A stretch of 64,000 nt of DNA, taken from the NCBI GenBank assembly GCA_947445775.1, contig CANFEB010000006.1, forward strand, positions 579 through 64,578, read 5' to 3'. The translations under genes were made by a program, and so were the position numbers. The notes beneath the pieces are model-generated. The model saw only the letters and a program-made list of their open reading frames with translations, had not been told where the DNA came from and searched no databases. This DNA comes from Oligoflexales bacterium. Its GTDB lineage: Bacteria; Bdellovibrionota_B; Oligoflexia; Oligoflexales; RGVZ01. The number at the start of each line of letters is the position of its first letter. The first letter of the stretch is position 1. Positions 28,235-37,553 of this stretch are shown in pieces.

Positions 28235-28957
28235 TTATAGGTTTGGTGCCGCGCGACCCAAGCCGGTCGAACCGCCACGCGAGGTAGCCATGCGGCCACT
28301 GGCTGCCTCGCAACCATTTCCAATGGAGATGCGGTAGCCGTCACCGTATGCCGACTCGATTTTAACGCCGCAAAAAGCAATGCGTTTGCGCAGGCGCGAG
28401 ACGTGAGCATCAAGGTTTCTCGGCGCAATCTTAACGCCATTCCAGACGCTGCCAATGACTTCCTGGCGGGTGATGGTACGGTCGTGATGGGCGAGTAAAA
28501 ACCGTAAAATACGCCCCTCTGTCGGCGACAAGGTCTCGTGCTGGCCGCACGCCCGGCAACTGGCCTTGCATGCGTCCAAATTAAGAAGAAGGTCACCCAT
28601 TTGAAGGGTGCGAAATTCTGATGGGCGATTTGGAGCAATGGTCAGAGCCAGCCTAACACGCTCAACCACATCATCTCCAGGTTCCACCGGGATGATTTGC
28701 ACTTCGTTCCAGCCATTTCTGGCAACGACTTTGCGAATGTCATCTGCAACCTGGACCTCCGCAGCGACCGTCGACAGTTGTCTCCGATCAACGACAATCA
28801 GCCTGGGATTTGTCCCAGGGATCAACGGATCGCAAGAAGCCACCCTCATCAAGGACCGCACGGACGCAAAGGCACGAACGGCCACAAAGCCACAAAGCAA
28901 ACTCGTAATTCGAGCAGGACCTGGTGCGGGATTTTCAACGATCCATACGACAGCCAT
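28235..28957 (-). CDS. OmpR/PhoB-type winged-helix regulator with atypical N-terminal receiver-like domain
   Basis: C-terminal LSPTEGRILRFLLAHHDRTITRQEVIGSVWNG..RNLDAHVSRLRKRI...GDGYRI is a trans_reg_C domain. The N-terminal domain lacks the usual acidic pocket. Confidence 0.7.
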   Translation of the reverse strand: MAVVWIVENPAPGPARITSLLCGFVAVRAFASVRSLMRVASCDPLIPGTNPRLIVVDRRQLSTVAAEVQVADDIRKVVARNGWNEVQIIPVEPGDDVVERVRLALTIAPNRPSEFRTLQMGDLLLNLDACKASCRACGQHETLSPTEGRILRFLLAHHDRTITRQEVIGSVWNGVKIAPRNLDAHVSRLRKRIAFCGVKIESAYGDGYRISIGNGCEAASGRMATSRGGSTGLGRAAPNL

Positions 28958-28985
28958 TGCGATCCCCTGAACTCTCGCTATAAAA

Positions 28986-29014
28986 TTGAAAGGCTACGAT
29001 TCTTATTTTATCCT
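28986..29014 (+). promoter_or_regulatory. Candidate sigma-70 promoter for ilvA
   Basis: TTGAAA-N17-TATCCT, about 45 nt upstream of the ilvA ATG. This is a pattern match only. Confidence 0.3.
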
Positions 29015-29058
29015 GAAGGGCCTTAAATTCCCACACTGGGCCCACGACAAGGCGCAAC

Positions 29059-30294
29059 ATGATTGGCATCCATGAAATCGAAGAGGCCCACACCAGAATC
29101 AGCGAGATCGTTGGGGCAACTCCCGTAAAACGCTCTTATTTTTTGGGAGACTTGTCTAAATGCAAAGTCCACCTGAAACTTGAAAACCTCAACCTTTCTG
29201 GCTCGTTCAAAATTCGTGGTGCCATTAACGCCCTTTTGACCGCAACGCCTGCAAGCCTTGAAAAAGGGGTTATCGCTGCCAGCGCAGGGAACCACGCCCA
29301 GGGCGTCGCCCACATCTGCAAGCGGCTCGGAATCCAGGCAAGTATTTTCATGCCGGCAAGAACACCGCTGGTGAAAGCTGAGCCGACCCGAAACCTCGGC
29401 GCAACTGTCACTTTGTCAGGGGAAAATTACGACGAGGCTTTTTCTGCAGCTAAGGCCTTTCAGGCCAAGAGTGGCGGGCATTTCGTTCACGCATTTGATG
29501 ATTCAATGGTCATTGCGGGGCAAGGCACCGTGGCCCTTGAATTGTTTGATCAGGTTAAAGATGCCACAACAATTATCGTTCCCATTGGCGGCGGCGGATT
29601 GATCAGCGGCATTGCCTGTGCCTACAAGTCCCGCTTCCCGAACGTCAAGATTATCGGAGTCCAGACTGAGGCCTATCCGTCCGTTGCAAAAAGTGTCGCT
29701 GCCGGGAAAATTGTCGCCTCAACGAATTCTCGCACAATCGCCGATGGCATTGCCGTGAAACAACCCAGCAGCCTAACATTCAGTATGATCCAAAAGTATG
29801 TCGATCAAATCGTATTGGTCACAGAAGATGAAATCGCCGATGCACTGATGGCCCTCATGGAGCGCGACCACCTGCTGGCCGAAGGCTGCGGTGCCGTAAC
29901 GGCTGCAGCTTTGGTCAAGTTATCGCATCAGGATCTTTTGGCTCCGGGAACTCCGCTTGGTACGAGTCCTTCTGTCGTTTGCATCGTCTCTGGCGGAAAT
30001 ATTGACACCAATCTATTGCAACGAATTACAACCAAGGGGCTTCTGCGTTCTGGGCGTTTCATGCGTCTGACATGCACGATTGAAGATCGCCCGGGGAAAC
30101 TTGTGGAATTTTTGAATATTCTCAGCTCACAAGGCGCCAACCTGATTGAGGTCGAACATAACCGAATGTTCGGAATGTCCTATTACGATGAGGTCCGGAT
30201 TGACGTGGACCTTGAGACGACTGGCCGGCAGCAACAAGAAAGAATTCTGGGGGCGTTGCGCACCGCCAATTTCAAAGCAACAACGGTGGCTTAA
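29059..30294 (+). CDS. ilvA: Threonine dehydratase (threonine ammonia-lyase), short form with one ACT-like domain
   Basis: PLP-lysine motif LSGSFKIRGA, GNHAQG and GGGGLISG, with a C-terminal regulatory domain. Confidence 0.92.
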   Translation: MIGIHEIEEAHTRISEIVGATPVKRSYFLGDLSKCKVHLKLENLNLSGSFKIRGAINALLTATPASLEKGVIAASAGNHAQGVAHICKRLGIQASIFMPARTPLVKAEPTRNLGATVTLSGENYDEAFSAAKAFQAKSGGHFVHAFDDSMVIAGQGTVALELFDQVKDATTIIVPIGGGGLISGIACAYKSRFPNVKIIGVQTEAYPSVAKSVAAGKIVASTNSRTIADGIAVKQPSSLTFSMIQKYVDQIVLVTEDEIADALMALMERDHLLAEGCGAVTAAALVKLSHQDLLAPGTPLGTSPSVVCIVSGGNIDTNLLQRITTKGLLRSGRFMRLTCTIEDRPGKLVEFLNILSSQGANLIEVEHNRMFGMSYYDEVRIDVDLETTGRQQQERILGALRTANFKATTVA

Positions 30295-30305
30295 AAATCC
30301 GTGCG

Positions 30306-30908
30306 TTAACGCATTCTGGAATTCCACGGACGGTAAAGGTCGTGATCAATATCCAGAAGCTCCAGAAGACGCCCGACAACAAAATCTACCATGTCGTCAA
30401 TTGTCTTGGGATGTTGATAAAACGCCGGCATGGCGGGGACAATTGCGACACCCATCTCACTCAATGTCAGCATGTTTCGCAGGTGAATGGTATTGAGCGG
30501 GGTTTCGCGCGGAACCATAATCAATCGCTGGCGTTGTTTCAAAACAACATCGGCAGCCCGCTCCACTAAATTCGTCGAATGCCCTTGAGCAATGCGGGCC
30601 AGGGAGCCCATGGAGCATGGGACAACGACCATATCTGTTGGAGCGGATGAGCCACTTGCCACGGGGGAAAAAAGATCATCATTCTTCATTAAACGTATGC
30701 AATCACGATGGTTCTCGGGAGTTTCGCCTGCAAGAATTTGACGAAGCAAACTACCCTTCGGTAGCTCGTGCTCTATCACCTGACGCGCAGCATTCGTGGC
30801 CACAATATAAATCCGAGGAAACCGCGCCACACACTGTTGAATCAGACGTTCAGCGTAAATGCTGCCCGATGCCCCAGTCACTGCGATCAAGATCCGTCGG
30901 CCCGACAT
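30306..30908 (-). CDS. ubiX: Flavin prenyltransferase UbiX family (possibly MqnL-type)
   Basis: RILIAVTGASGSIYA, VVVPCSMGSLARIAQG and LIMVPRETPL. The real ATG is at 30908. The track ORF start at 31178 is an extension overlapping ubiA. Confidence 0.92.
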   Translation of the reverse strand: MSGRRILIAVTGASGSIYAERLIQQCVARFPRIYIVATNAARQVIEHELPKGSLLRQILAGETPENHRDCIRLMKNDDLFSPVASGSSAPTDMVVVPCSMGSLARIAQGHSTNLVERAADVVLKQRQRLIMVPRETPLNTIHLRNMLTLSEMGVAIVPAMPAFYQHPKTIDDMVDFVVGRLLELLDIDHDLYRPWNSRMR

Positions 30909-30937
30909 TAATGTTGGTGACGATGGTGATATGGACG

Positions 30938-31831
30938 TCACGAGCGCACCACAAAATCCAGCAGGACGCCGCCGCAGAAGACGACACTTACCAAAGAATT
31001 GGCCGTAAAAAATGCTTTGTCGATGAGGCGTCCATCCACATGCTCTGCATTGTGGCGAACGATCCAGTGCTCCCAGAAAAGAAGCGCCGAAACCAATGCC
31101 AGTCCTGCATACCAAAACACTCCGGCACCTGAAATCCACCCTGCAGCTGCCAAGAAAATCGCCATCAAGACGAAACAAATCCGGCTGATGATCAGAGACC
31201 GGGCAGAACCAAACCTTGCCGGAATGCTGCGCAATCCCTGGCTGGCATCAAAGGTTCTGTCCTGAAGTGAATAAAGAATGTCGAATCCTGCCACCCATAA
31301 AGTGACTGCCACACCAACAAGGACGGTTGACGTGGGAACGGTTCCCGTCAGAGCAATCGAGACTGCAACTGGAGCCAGAGCTAGGCACGCCCCTAGGTAA
31401 AAGTGGGTCAACCAACTGATGCGTTTCATGTGCGAATAATAGGCTAGGATCACCATAAGCGGCGCGGCCAAGGCCCCGCACATGGGGGACAATGCAAATG
31501 CCGCGACCAAAAAAATCAAGCCCGCACCCAAGCTAATCGCCAAGCCGCGGCGGCGGCTCAAACGCCCTGCTGGGATTGCCCGCATCTTGGTCCGATGGTT
31601 CAAGGCATCGACATCGGCATCAAGAAACCGGTTCATACCCATGGCGAAACTCCGTGCCGACACCATCGCCAAAACAAGAAGCGCTGCCTGCATTGGTGAC
31701 GGCCATCCAGCCCCGGAAAGAAGCAGACCCACGATGGCAAAGGGAATGGCAAAAATTGAGTGGACGAGTTTGATGTCCGCTGAAAAAGCCGCCAAGGAAC
31801 TTGATGCTGTTTGTTGGTCGATGTTTGTCAT
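30938..31831 (-). CDS. UbiA-family aromatic prenyltransferase (4-hydroxybenzoate or 1,4-dihydroxy-6-naphthoate type, MqnP candidate)
   Basis: NRFLDADVDALNHRTKMRAIPAG carries the UbiA NxxxDxxxD motif, with a second Asp-rich block (DILYSLQD) and 8-9 TM segments. Confidence 0.88.
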   Translation of the reverse strand: MTNIDQQTASSSLAAFSADIKLVHSIFAIPFAIVGLLLSGAGWPSPMQAALLVLAMVSARSFAMGMNRFLDADVDALNHRTKMRAIPAGRLSRRRGLAISLGAGLIFLVAAFALSPMCGALAAPLMVILAYYSHMKRISWLTHFYLGACLALAPVAVSIALTGTVPTSTVLVGVAVTLWVAGFDILYSLQDRTFDASQGLRSIPARFGSARSLIISRICFVLMAIFLAAAGWISGAGVFWYAGLALVSALLFWEHWIVRHNAEHVDGRLIDKAFFTANSLVSVVFCGGVLLDFVVRS

Positions 31832-33072
31832 TTCACTTCACACAATTTGTAGCGCCACTGGTCCTTGACTCTACTGCGAACCATGATAGCAACTCCGGAC
31901 TTATTGGCCACCGCATCAACAATCACGGAAATGGACGGAAAAATCCCTCGATTAGGCATGGGGACAAGGCCTTCGGAGCTTAGTCTGTATCTCCCAAGCG
32001 TGCTCTCACGGTCAACCCATTTCGGGACCATCAGTGTGACCGCAGCGGACGGAGTGGCCCCGTCTATCAGCAGGGCTGGCTCTCCCAAGTGGATATGAGG
32101 CAGCCGGATCACCTTACCCCAAACCGCATCTCGGACATTGAAGCGATAAAAATAGGCCTCAATGTTCCCCTCGCCAGTCATGCTGTCGCCCGTGACGGCG
32201 GCCACATAGATTCCCCCAGGAGTGGGCAGCGCCCGGACACTCTCGATGGGGGCAGTGGTTTTCAGCTTTAACACCCATGATTCAGTGATTTTTTCAGGGA
32301 AATTTTTGGTACCGATATCAACGCCAATTTTAATCCAAGGAATGAGCTGCTCGTCCGATCGACCGGCCTCTGGCTCTGCCACCAGGACAACCGTCCCGTC
32401 AGAAAATTGCGCTGGTGCGACTGCCTGTCCTCCGGCAAAAGCCTTTTCCATTCCGGCCAATGACACCGGTTTCACCGTGCCAACAGATGACACTAAAATC
32501 AAAGCCGGCACATCGCCGGAATCCCGCACGACCATGAGGCACCCGTCTGCTCCATCAACCGGTCCAGCCACGCCCCACTCCGCCCTTAGCCCCTGGGGTA
32601 GTTGTGCTAATGGACACGAGCCGCGCACGAGGCGCGGCGCAGCCCCCTTATACGACGTCATCACTGGTTCCGTGGAACTGTCCCTCATAACCGGTGAAAC
32701 AAACATGGCGGGCTGCCCCTGGCGATCCACTCCAGTGGCTGCGGCAAGGATCTCACCTGAGACTTCAGCTTGATTTTTGCCTTCACCGACAATTGCCCCG
32801 CGGAACACGACATCGGAAATAACGGGCATGTCGTCCAATCCGTCATCTCCACCGCCGCCGTCAATTTGAGGCCATGGTGCACATTCCAAATCCTGGCTGG
32901 CATCGAGCTCCGCCCACTGGGGCTTGGCTTTTTTTGCTGGATGCGAACAGGACACCAGAAAAAAAACCATTGCAGAGATCCCAGCCAAAGTGCTGAAACC
33001 TGCCTGGAAATCCCTAAAAATTAGCAAAAACAAAAATCCACCGCATCGGTAATTTCTAATTTTTTTCGTCAT
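31828..33072 (-). CDS. Hypothetical membrane-anchored/lipoprotein-like exported protein
   Basis: Its stop overlaps the ubiA start (ATGA at 31831-31828). The N-terminus is MTKKIRNYR plus a hydrophobic stretch with a possible lipobox (FLVSC). GGGGGAA lies 9 nt upstream of the ATG at 33072. I recognise no family motif. Confidence 0.5.
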   Translation of the reverse strand: MTKKIRNYRCGGFLFLLIFRDFQAGFSTLAGISAMVFFLVSCSHPAKKAKPQWAELDASQDLECAPWPQIDGGGGDDGLDDMPVISDVVFRGAIVGEGKNQAEVSGEILAAATGVDRQGQPAMFVSPVMRDSSTEPVMTSYKGAAPRLVRGSCPLAQLPQGLRAEWGVAGPVDGADGCLMVVRDSGDVPALILVSSVGTVKPVSLAGMEKAFAGGQAVAPAQFSDGTVVLVAEPEAGRSDEQLIPWIKIGVDIGTKNFPEKITESWVLKLKTTAPIESVRALPTPGGIYVAAVTGDSMTGEGNIEAYFYRFNVRDAVWGKVIRLPHIHLGEPALLIDGATPSAAVTLMVPKWVDRESTLGRYRLSSEGLVPMPNRGIFPSISVIVDAVANKSGVAIMVRSRVKDQWRYKLCEVK

Positions 33073-33091
33073 TGCGCCGATTCCCCCGGTG

Positions 33092-33442
33092 ATGAAAAAA
33101 ACATTGAAAACATTGCTACGCTCCCTCTGGCCAGTCTCCATGGCAGCCTCAGTAATTTTGCTTGCCGGCTGTCAGACCAGCCTCGCCGTCAAACCAGAAG
33201 AACCTGTGGCTTTGCCATACCTAAAGAATACACCGAACGAATGCTATTTCCTCGACGACTTCATGCCAACCCCTGAACGCATGGTCAGTGGGCGCAGTGG
33301 GTCCGCCAAGCTACGCTACTACGTCTACAAAGTGGCGAAGTACAAAGACTATCAGTACAACCAAGTGGTCTTGGCCTTCTACTCGGGGGATGACCGTTGC
33401 TGGTCCCTCTACGAAGAGCGCTATATCAAAGACAGCTTCTAA
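33092..33442 (+). CDS. Small lipoprotein (116 aa)
   Basis: MKKTLKTLLRSLWPVSMAASVILLAGC has a classical lipobox (LAGC). Confidence 0.55.
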   Translation: MKKTLKTLLRSLWPVSMAASVILLAGCQTSLAVKPEEPVALPYLKNTPNECYFLDDFMPTPERMVSGRSGSAKLRYYVYKVAKYKDYQYNQVVLAFYSGDDRCWSLYEERYIKDSF

Positions 33443-33520
33443 GTAGCCCCCCCCCACAACCGGACCCGGCCAAAACTTTGCTACAATCATTGGATCTGCC
33501 AACTGGGATGGGGGTTCATC

Positions 33521-34474
33521 ATGAATTTTATTCTAGCTTTACGCGTGTCCGTGCTAGCGACCTTGGCGATCATCACTGCCTGCCAGACTCCCTCGGGAAA
33601 AGAGGCCCTGAACGTCGGCAATGAGTACGCCAAGCAAGGGCTGTTGCGTGAAGCGATAGACCAGTACCGCAGGTCACTCGCCATTGAACCGGACCAGGCC
33701 GCCGCCAAACGTAACCTTGGCATCATGCTGGTCAAGACCGGAGATTACCCCAATGCCATCAGGAGTCTTGAGTCTGCCGCAGAAAAGCTGCCGGCCGATT
33801 TTGATACCAATTATTATCTTGGCGAGGCCTGCCGCGCCGAGGGTCGCTTTGGCGACGCGATCTACCGCTATCAGCAGTCGCTTCGCGTGCGCAGCAATGA
33901 CCCGCGCGCCCTCAAGGCTCTGGCCTGGAGCTTTTATAAAATTCGCTACTACTCAGAAGCCTTAACCAACAGCCAAAAGCTACTCGCAGCGGATCCAAAG
34001 GACACCCAGGCTTCCGTGATCGCCGCCCGAGTCTTGATCAAACTCCGGCGCTTTGACGAAGCCCTCGCCGTCGTGCAAGGGGCCAGCAAAAGTTGCGATA
34101 AAGAATCTCTGCCATTTTTGAAAAGTGTTGAGGGAGACATCCAACTTGAAACTGGAAATACCGGAAAAGCAAATGAGTCCTACGCCGTGGCCCTGCGCGA
34201 GGCTCCCCTCACCGCTAGTGCCCTTTACGGCATGGGACGAATCCTGAATCAAAAAGGACAAAAGGACAAATCTGCGGATTTTCTTGAACGTGCCATCCGC
34301 GTTCGTCCGGAAATGGCCGAAGCACATTTTCTCTTGGCGGAAGTTTTGGAATCCACCAATGCGGCGCAATCAAGAAAGCACTTTGAAATATTTGCAAAAC
34401 TTGCTGCGACAGATCCAGATTTATTGAATGAATTAGAACAAACAAAAAGAAAACTGCGCCAAGCGCGGAATTAA
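33521..34474 (+). CDS. TPR-repeat lipoprotein
   Basis: Lipobox (IITAC) followed by multiple 34-residue TPR-like repeats (A..YY.LG......G....A...Y..AL...P pattern). Confidence 0.75.
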   Translation: MNFILALRVSVLATLAIITACQTPSGKEALNVGNEYAKQGLLREAIDQYRRSLAIEPDQAAAKRNLGIMLVKTGDYPNAIRSLESAAEKLPADFDTNYYLGEACRAEGRFGDAIYRYQQSLRVRSNDPRALKALAWSFYKIRYYSEALTNSQKLLAADPKDTQASVIAARVLIKLRRFDEALAVVQGASKSCDKESLPFLKSVEGDIQLETGNTGKANESYAVALREAPLTASALYGMGRILNQKGQKDKSADFLERAIRVRPEMAEAHFLLAEVLESTNAAQSRKHFEIFAKLAATDPDLLNELEQTKRKLRQARN

Positions 34475-34491
34475 AATCTGTTAAATTCTGA

Positions 34492-34884
34492 TCAAACCAA
34501 CTTCATCTCGGCCTTGTGGTAACTGAGCAGGCTTCGTTTTGCCTCAAAAAGATTTTTGTACGACTCGTAGCGAACGCGAAGCTTATCCGCCTCGCCGCGG
34601 GTGTCAGACATCTTCTCTAAAAATTCAACGTATTCAGAATCTGTCTCCGTCAACCTGCGAAGGCGAGTTTCGTTCATGGTGCCATCATCAAGGCGGATCA
34701 TGATGCGAGCCCTGATTGTTGGCTTCAACAGATCCAAACGGTCTGCGTCTTTTTTTGCGCTGGCATATTCAAGACCGACCTTATTGGCCAAATGAACGAT
34801 TTCTTCCAAGCCAAGACGGTCCGACGTGGACGTGTCGACTGGGGGAGAAATATCGAGGGATTTTTTTAGCGTCTCATTCATCAT
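34492..34884 (-). CDS. Hypothetical coiled-coil protein (130 aa)
   Basis: Clean ORF divergent from 35075. It is rich in charged heptads, and I recognise no family. Confidence 0.45.
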   Translation of the reverse strand: MMNETLKKSLDISPPVDTSTSDRLGLEEIVHLANKVGLEYASAKKDADRLDLLKPTIRARIMIRLDDGTMNETRLRRLTETDSEYVEFLEKMSDTRGEADKLRVRYESYKNLFEAKRSLLSYHKAEMKLV

Positions 34885-35074
34885 TGGCCCAAACTAGCAA
34901 GATCATGGCATTTTGGCGAAAAATTTCGGGCTTTGAGCAATTTTTGGCCAATTTTAGCACCAAAAAAACACCCTACAACCCCCCAAGAAAGCTGGACTTT
35001 CAAGGAAACCCAAAAGTGTCCGATAATAACATTGGCCAGGTGGCCAACACCGGGCCAGAAATGGGTAGGGGACC

Positions 35075-35710
35075 ATGGTGCAAGAAATTCGTTTAACGGC
35101 CACGCCGCAGGAATTCTTTCAAGAACGGGTGAGTCTGGCAAAGGCCTCCCTGAAGGTAAACCTACCTGATGATGTGGAGTTTTATCTTGTCAATCTGCTC
35201 TGCTCGTATATTGCACTGACACCACCCGCCAAAGACTCCTCAAACGCTGGTGAAGGCGGAAACGAACCAGTCTTTTTTGATAAGCCTTTGGCCTTCATGC
35301 TGCGGGATGCCTTCGAAGCTCCTCCTCAACAGAAACCCGGCCTTTACCGCGCCCTTGGGGATACTAGCCTGTACATCACTGGATTTTTTCAAGATTACTT
35401 CAACCGCAAGGCCTTCGACATCGGCTACTACATAACCTTGGGACGCACGGGTTACAACGAAGCCGCCGCGCACATGGCCTCCAATCGCCGCGAATCGGCG
35501 ACTCGAGAAACCATGGCGGCACTCGCAATGAATTTCGTTCAGGCTGTCGATGTGGTTGCTGCCGTTTCGGAACAAGGTCGCCCCCGCGGGGCGGTCGATA
35601 TCCTCAATGTGTATGACCGCTGGACCAAAAGCCAGTCGCAACGCCTGCGAAAAATTTTAACGGAACAGGGGATCGACCCCGTTGAAGTTCCAAACAAAAT
35701 CGCCCAATGA
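35075..35710 (+). CDS. Hypothetical protein (211 aa)
   Basis: AGGGG lies 5 nt upstream of the ATG. There is no signal peptide and no recognised motif. Confidence 0.5.
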   Translation: MVQEIRLTATPQEFFQERVSLAKASLKVNLPDDVEFYLVNLLCSYIALTPPAKDSSNAGEGGNEPVFFDKPLAFMLRDAFEAPPQQKPGLYRALGDTSLYITGFFQDYFNRKAFDIGYYITLGRTGYNEAAAHMASNRRESATRETMAALAMNFVQAVDVVAAVSEQGRPRGAVDILNVYDRWTKSQSQRLRKILTEQGIDPVEVPNKIAQ

Positions 35711-35717
35711 GGTCGCC

Positions 35718-36431
35718 ATGGCCACCCAAGAAAAATTTCAGGGGCTGATCTCACGAATCGAAACCATCCTAGCCAGCTACTATGGCTTTGAGATTGAACT
35801 GGGGGCAGGGGATTGCCTGCTCCCTTTGACACCAGATAATCCCGCCGATCCCAATGCAGACCCAACTGGCACGCTGTTTGTTACTCAAGACGACGAGCTT
35901 TATTTGGGCCTCGGCTTTTCCAAAGGGGCGGCCGACCACGCCGTCTTATTTGAAGGCTTGGCACAGGCAGGAACTCACGCAGAATTGAAATCAAAAACAA
36001 TTGCAGCGCTGTTGGTAGTCATCGAAGAGGTCAGCCATTTCCACCTAGTCTCACAGCGAGCACTTCTCGACCTTCCCACCACCAGGCTTGAGTTGGAGTG
36101 GCAGGCTGAAATTGATAAAATGATTGTCCTGCCAAATCTCATCGGAACCACGGGAGCCAGAGTGATCCTGCGCGGGCTCAGGCACTTTCTGGTCAATAAG
36201 TTTACCCTACGCACCGGCCTCAGCGACGAAGAGAGCAGTCGCTATCAGGCAGCAACTCGCTTTTTTGACCGTGCCTGGCGCGATGAACTGTTGCCCTTGA
36301 TGGCCACAGGGCCGGGTGCTGGAATCGGAGCAGACTTTGGCACGGCCATGATGGATCCGAAGATAAAAAAGCGTCTCAGGGAATTTTATCGGATGTCGTG
36401 GTCCAGCAAAGCCTCTGTCCTGGCTGCCTGA
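35718..36431 (+). CDS. Hypothetical protein (237 aa)
   Basis: The ATG is 8 nt after the previous stop, so it is a likely operon partner. I recognise no motif. Confidence 0.5.
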   Translation: MATQEKFQGLISRIETILASYYGFEIELGAGDCLLPLTPDNPADPNADPTGTLFVTQDDELYLGLGFSKGAADHAVLFEGLAQAGTHAELKSKTIAALLVVIEEVSHFHLVSQRALLDLPTTRLELEWQAEIDKMIVLPNLIGTTGARVILRGLRHFLVNKFTLRTGLSDEESSRYQAATRFFDRAWRDELLPLMATGPGAGIGADFGTAMMDPKIKKRLREFYRMSWSSKASVLAA

Positions 36432-36489
36432 ATTGTCTGAGACAAAAAATTTTATGTGGCGATGAAAGTCGTGCAGAAATAATCAGAAT

Positions 36490-37548
36490 CTAAATGGGCT
36501 CTGCCTCAGATCCCCCATGCAGGAAAAAATCGAGAAACTTAGCTTGTCGACTGAGGCCATCGCGCTCGAAATCGCGTTGAAGCCGACGCAGTTCATCGGC
36601 ACCTTCAGGGTTGCTCAAAAGTCCACGGATGTCCCCTATGGCGTCGTGGGGATTTGCGGACATCAAAACCAGTTTCACCCTTTCGGCCAGAAGGTGCTTG
36701 TCGCCCGGCAGGACCCGCAGCGCTTGCTCGAGAAAGTAAATGGCCTCTTGAGCCGAGCGGGCTATTTCCGCCGATTTTTCAAACCGGGAAATCAGTCGAT
36801 TTTGATCGACCGACACGGTGGCCCCGCCGATTGCGGCCAGCAATAAACCGGTCATGACTGCCAGTGCTGCTGGTCGGCTGCGTGTCGTCAGGCGATTCGG
36901 CCTGAGATGCAACATCGACCAAGTCAAACAACAGCCGGTAACTAATCCACCCAAATGGGCCGCATTATCAATTCCAGGAATCATTAGGCCAAAGATGATG
37001 TTGATGACCACCATTCCAGCGTAAATTCGGCGGCGGGGGCGTCGCCCGGTAACTTCTTCAATGCGCCGCCCAACAAGATTCTCCAAAACATAACCGCTGC
37101 CAAGGAGACCAAATAAAGCACCCGAAGCCCCGGCGCTCATGGCCACACTGGTGACAGCACTGGCGATATTTCCAAAAATACCTGCGCCTAAATAGACCAA
37201 CAAAAACCAACGCGGTCCCAAAATACGCTCAAGTTGGTAGCCGATGTAATACAGCCCCATGGAATTGAAGAAAAAATGAATCACTCCAATGTGCACAAAT
37301 ATCGGCGTTAGAAACCGCCAGAGCTCGCCCCGGACCAATCCGACGGGATCTTTGGCCCCAAACTCCAGGAGGACTTCACGCGTCGGCAAAAAGAAGGAAT
37401 CTGAGCGCCAGCTCATCACCAAAAAAACAATCGTATTCACCAGCATCAAGCGACCAGAAATCGTGCCCAGCCAATAGTTAATCCCAACGGGTTGAACCAC
37501 CGGCGGCAAAACCGGAGCATCATCCTGTGCTGATGGCTGATCCTGCAT
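36490..37548 (-). CDS. Rhomboid-family intramembrane serine protease with C-terminal soluble extension
   Basis: HIGVIHFFFN, catalytic GASGALFGLLG and AAHLGGLVTG, followed by a ~100-aa helical tail. Confidence 0.85.
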   Translation of the reverse strand: MQDQPSAQDDAPVLPPVVQPVGINYWLGTISGRLMLVNTIVFLVMSWRSDSFFLPTREVLLEFGAKDPVGLVRGELWRFLTPIFVHIGVIHFFFNSMGLYYIGYQLERILGPRWFLLVYLGAGIFGNIASAVTSVAMSAGASGALFGLLGSGYVLENLVGRRIEEVTGRRPRRRIYAGMVVINIIFGLMIPGIDNAAHLGGLVTGCCLTWSMLHLRPNRLTTRSRPAALAVMTGLLLAAIGGATVSVDQNRLISRFEKSAEIARSAQEAIYFLEQALRVLPGDKHLLAERVKLVLMSANPHDAIGDIRGLLSNPEGADELRRLQRDFERDGLSRQAKFLDFFLHGGSEAEPI

Positions 37549-37553
37549 GATCT

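Noticed and set aside
30909-31178. A 90-codon N-terminal extension of the ubiX ORF.
   Set aside because: It overlaps the 3' end of the UbiA-family gene in another frame. The UbiX homology (RILIAVTGASG) starts right after ATG 30908.
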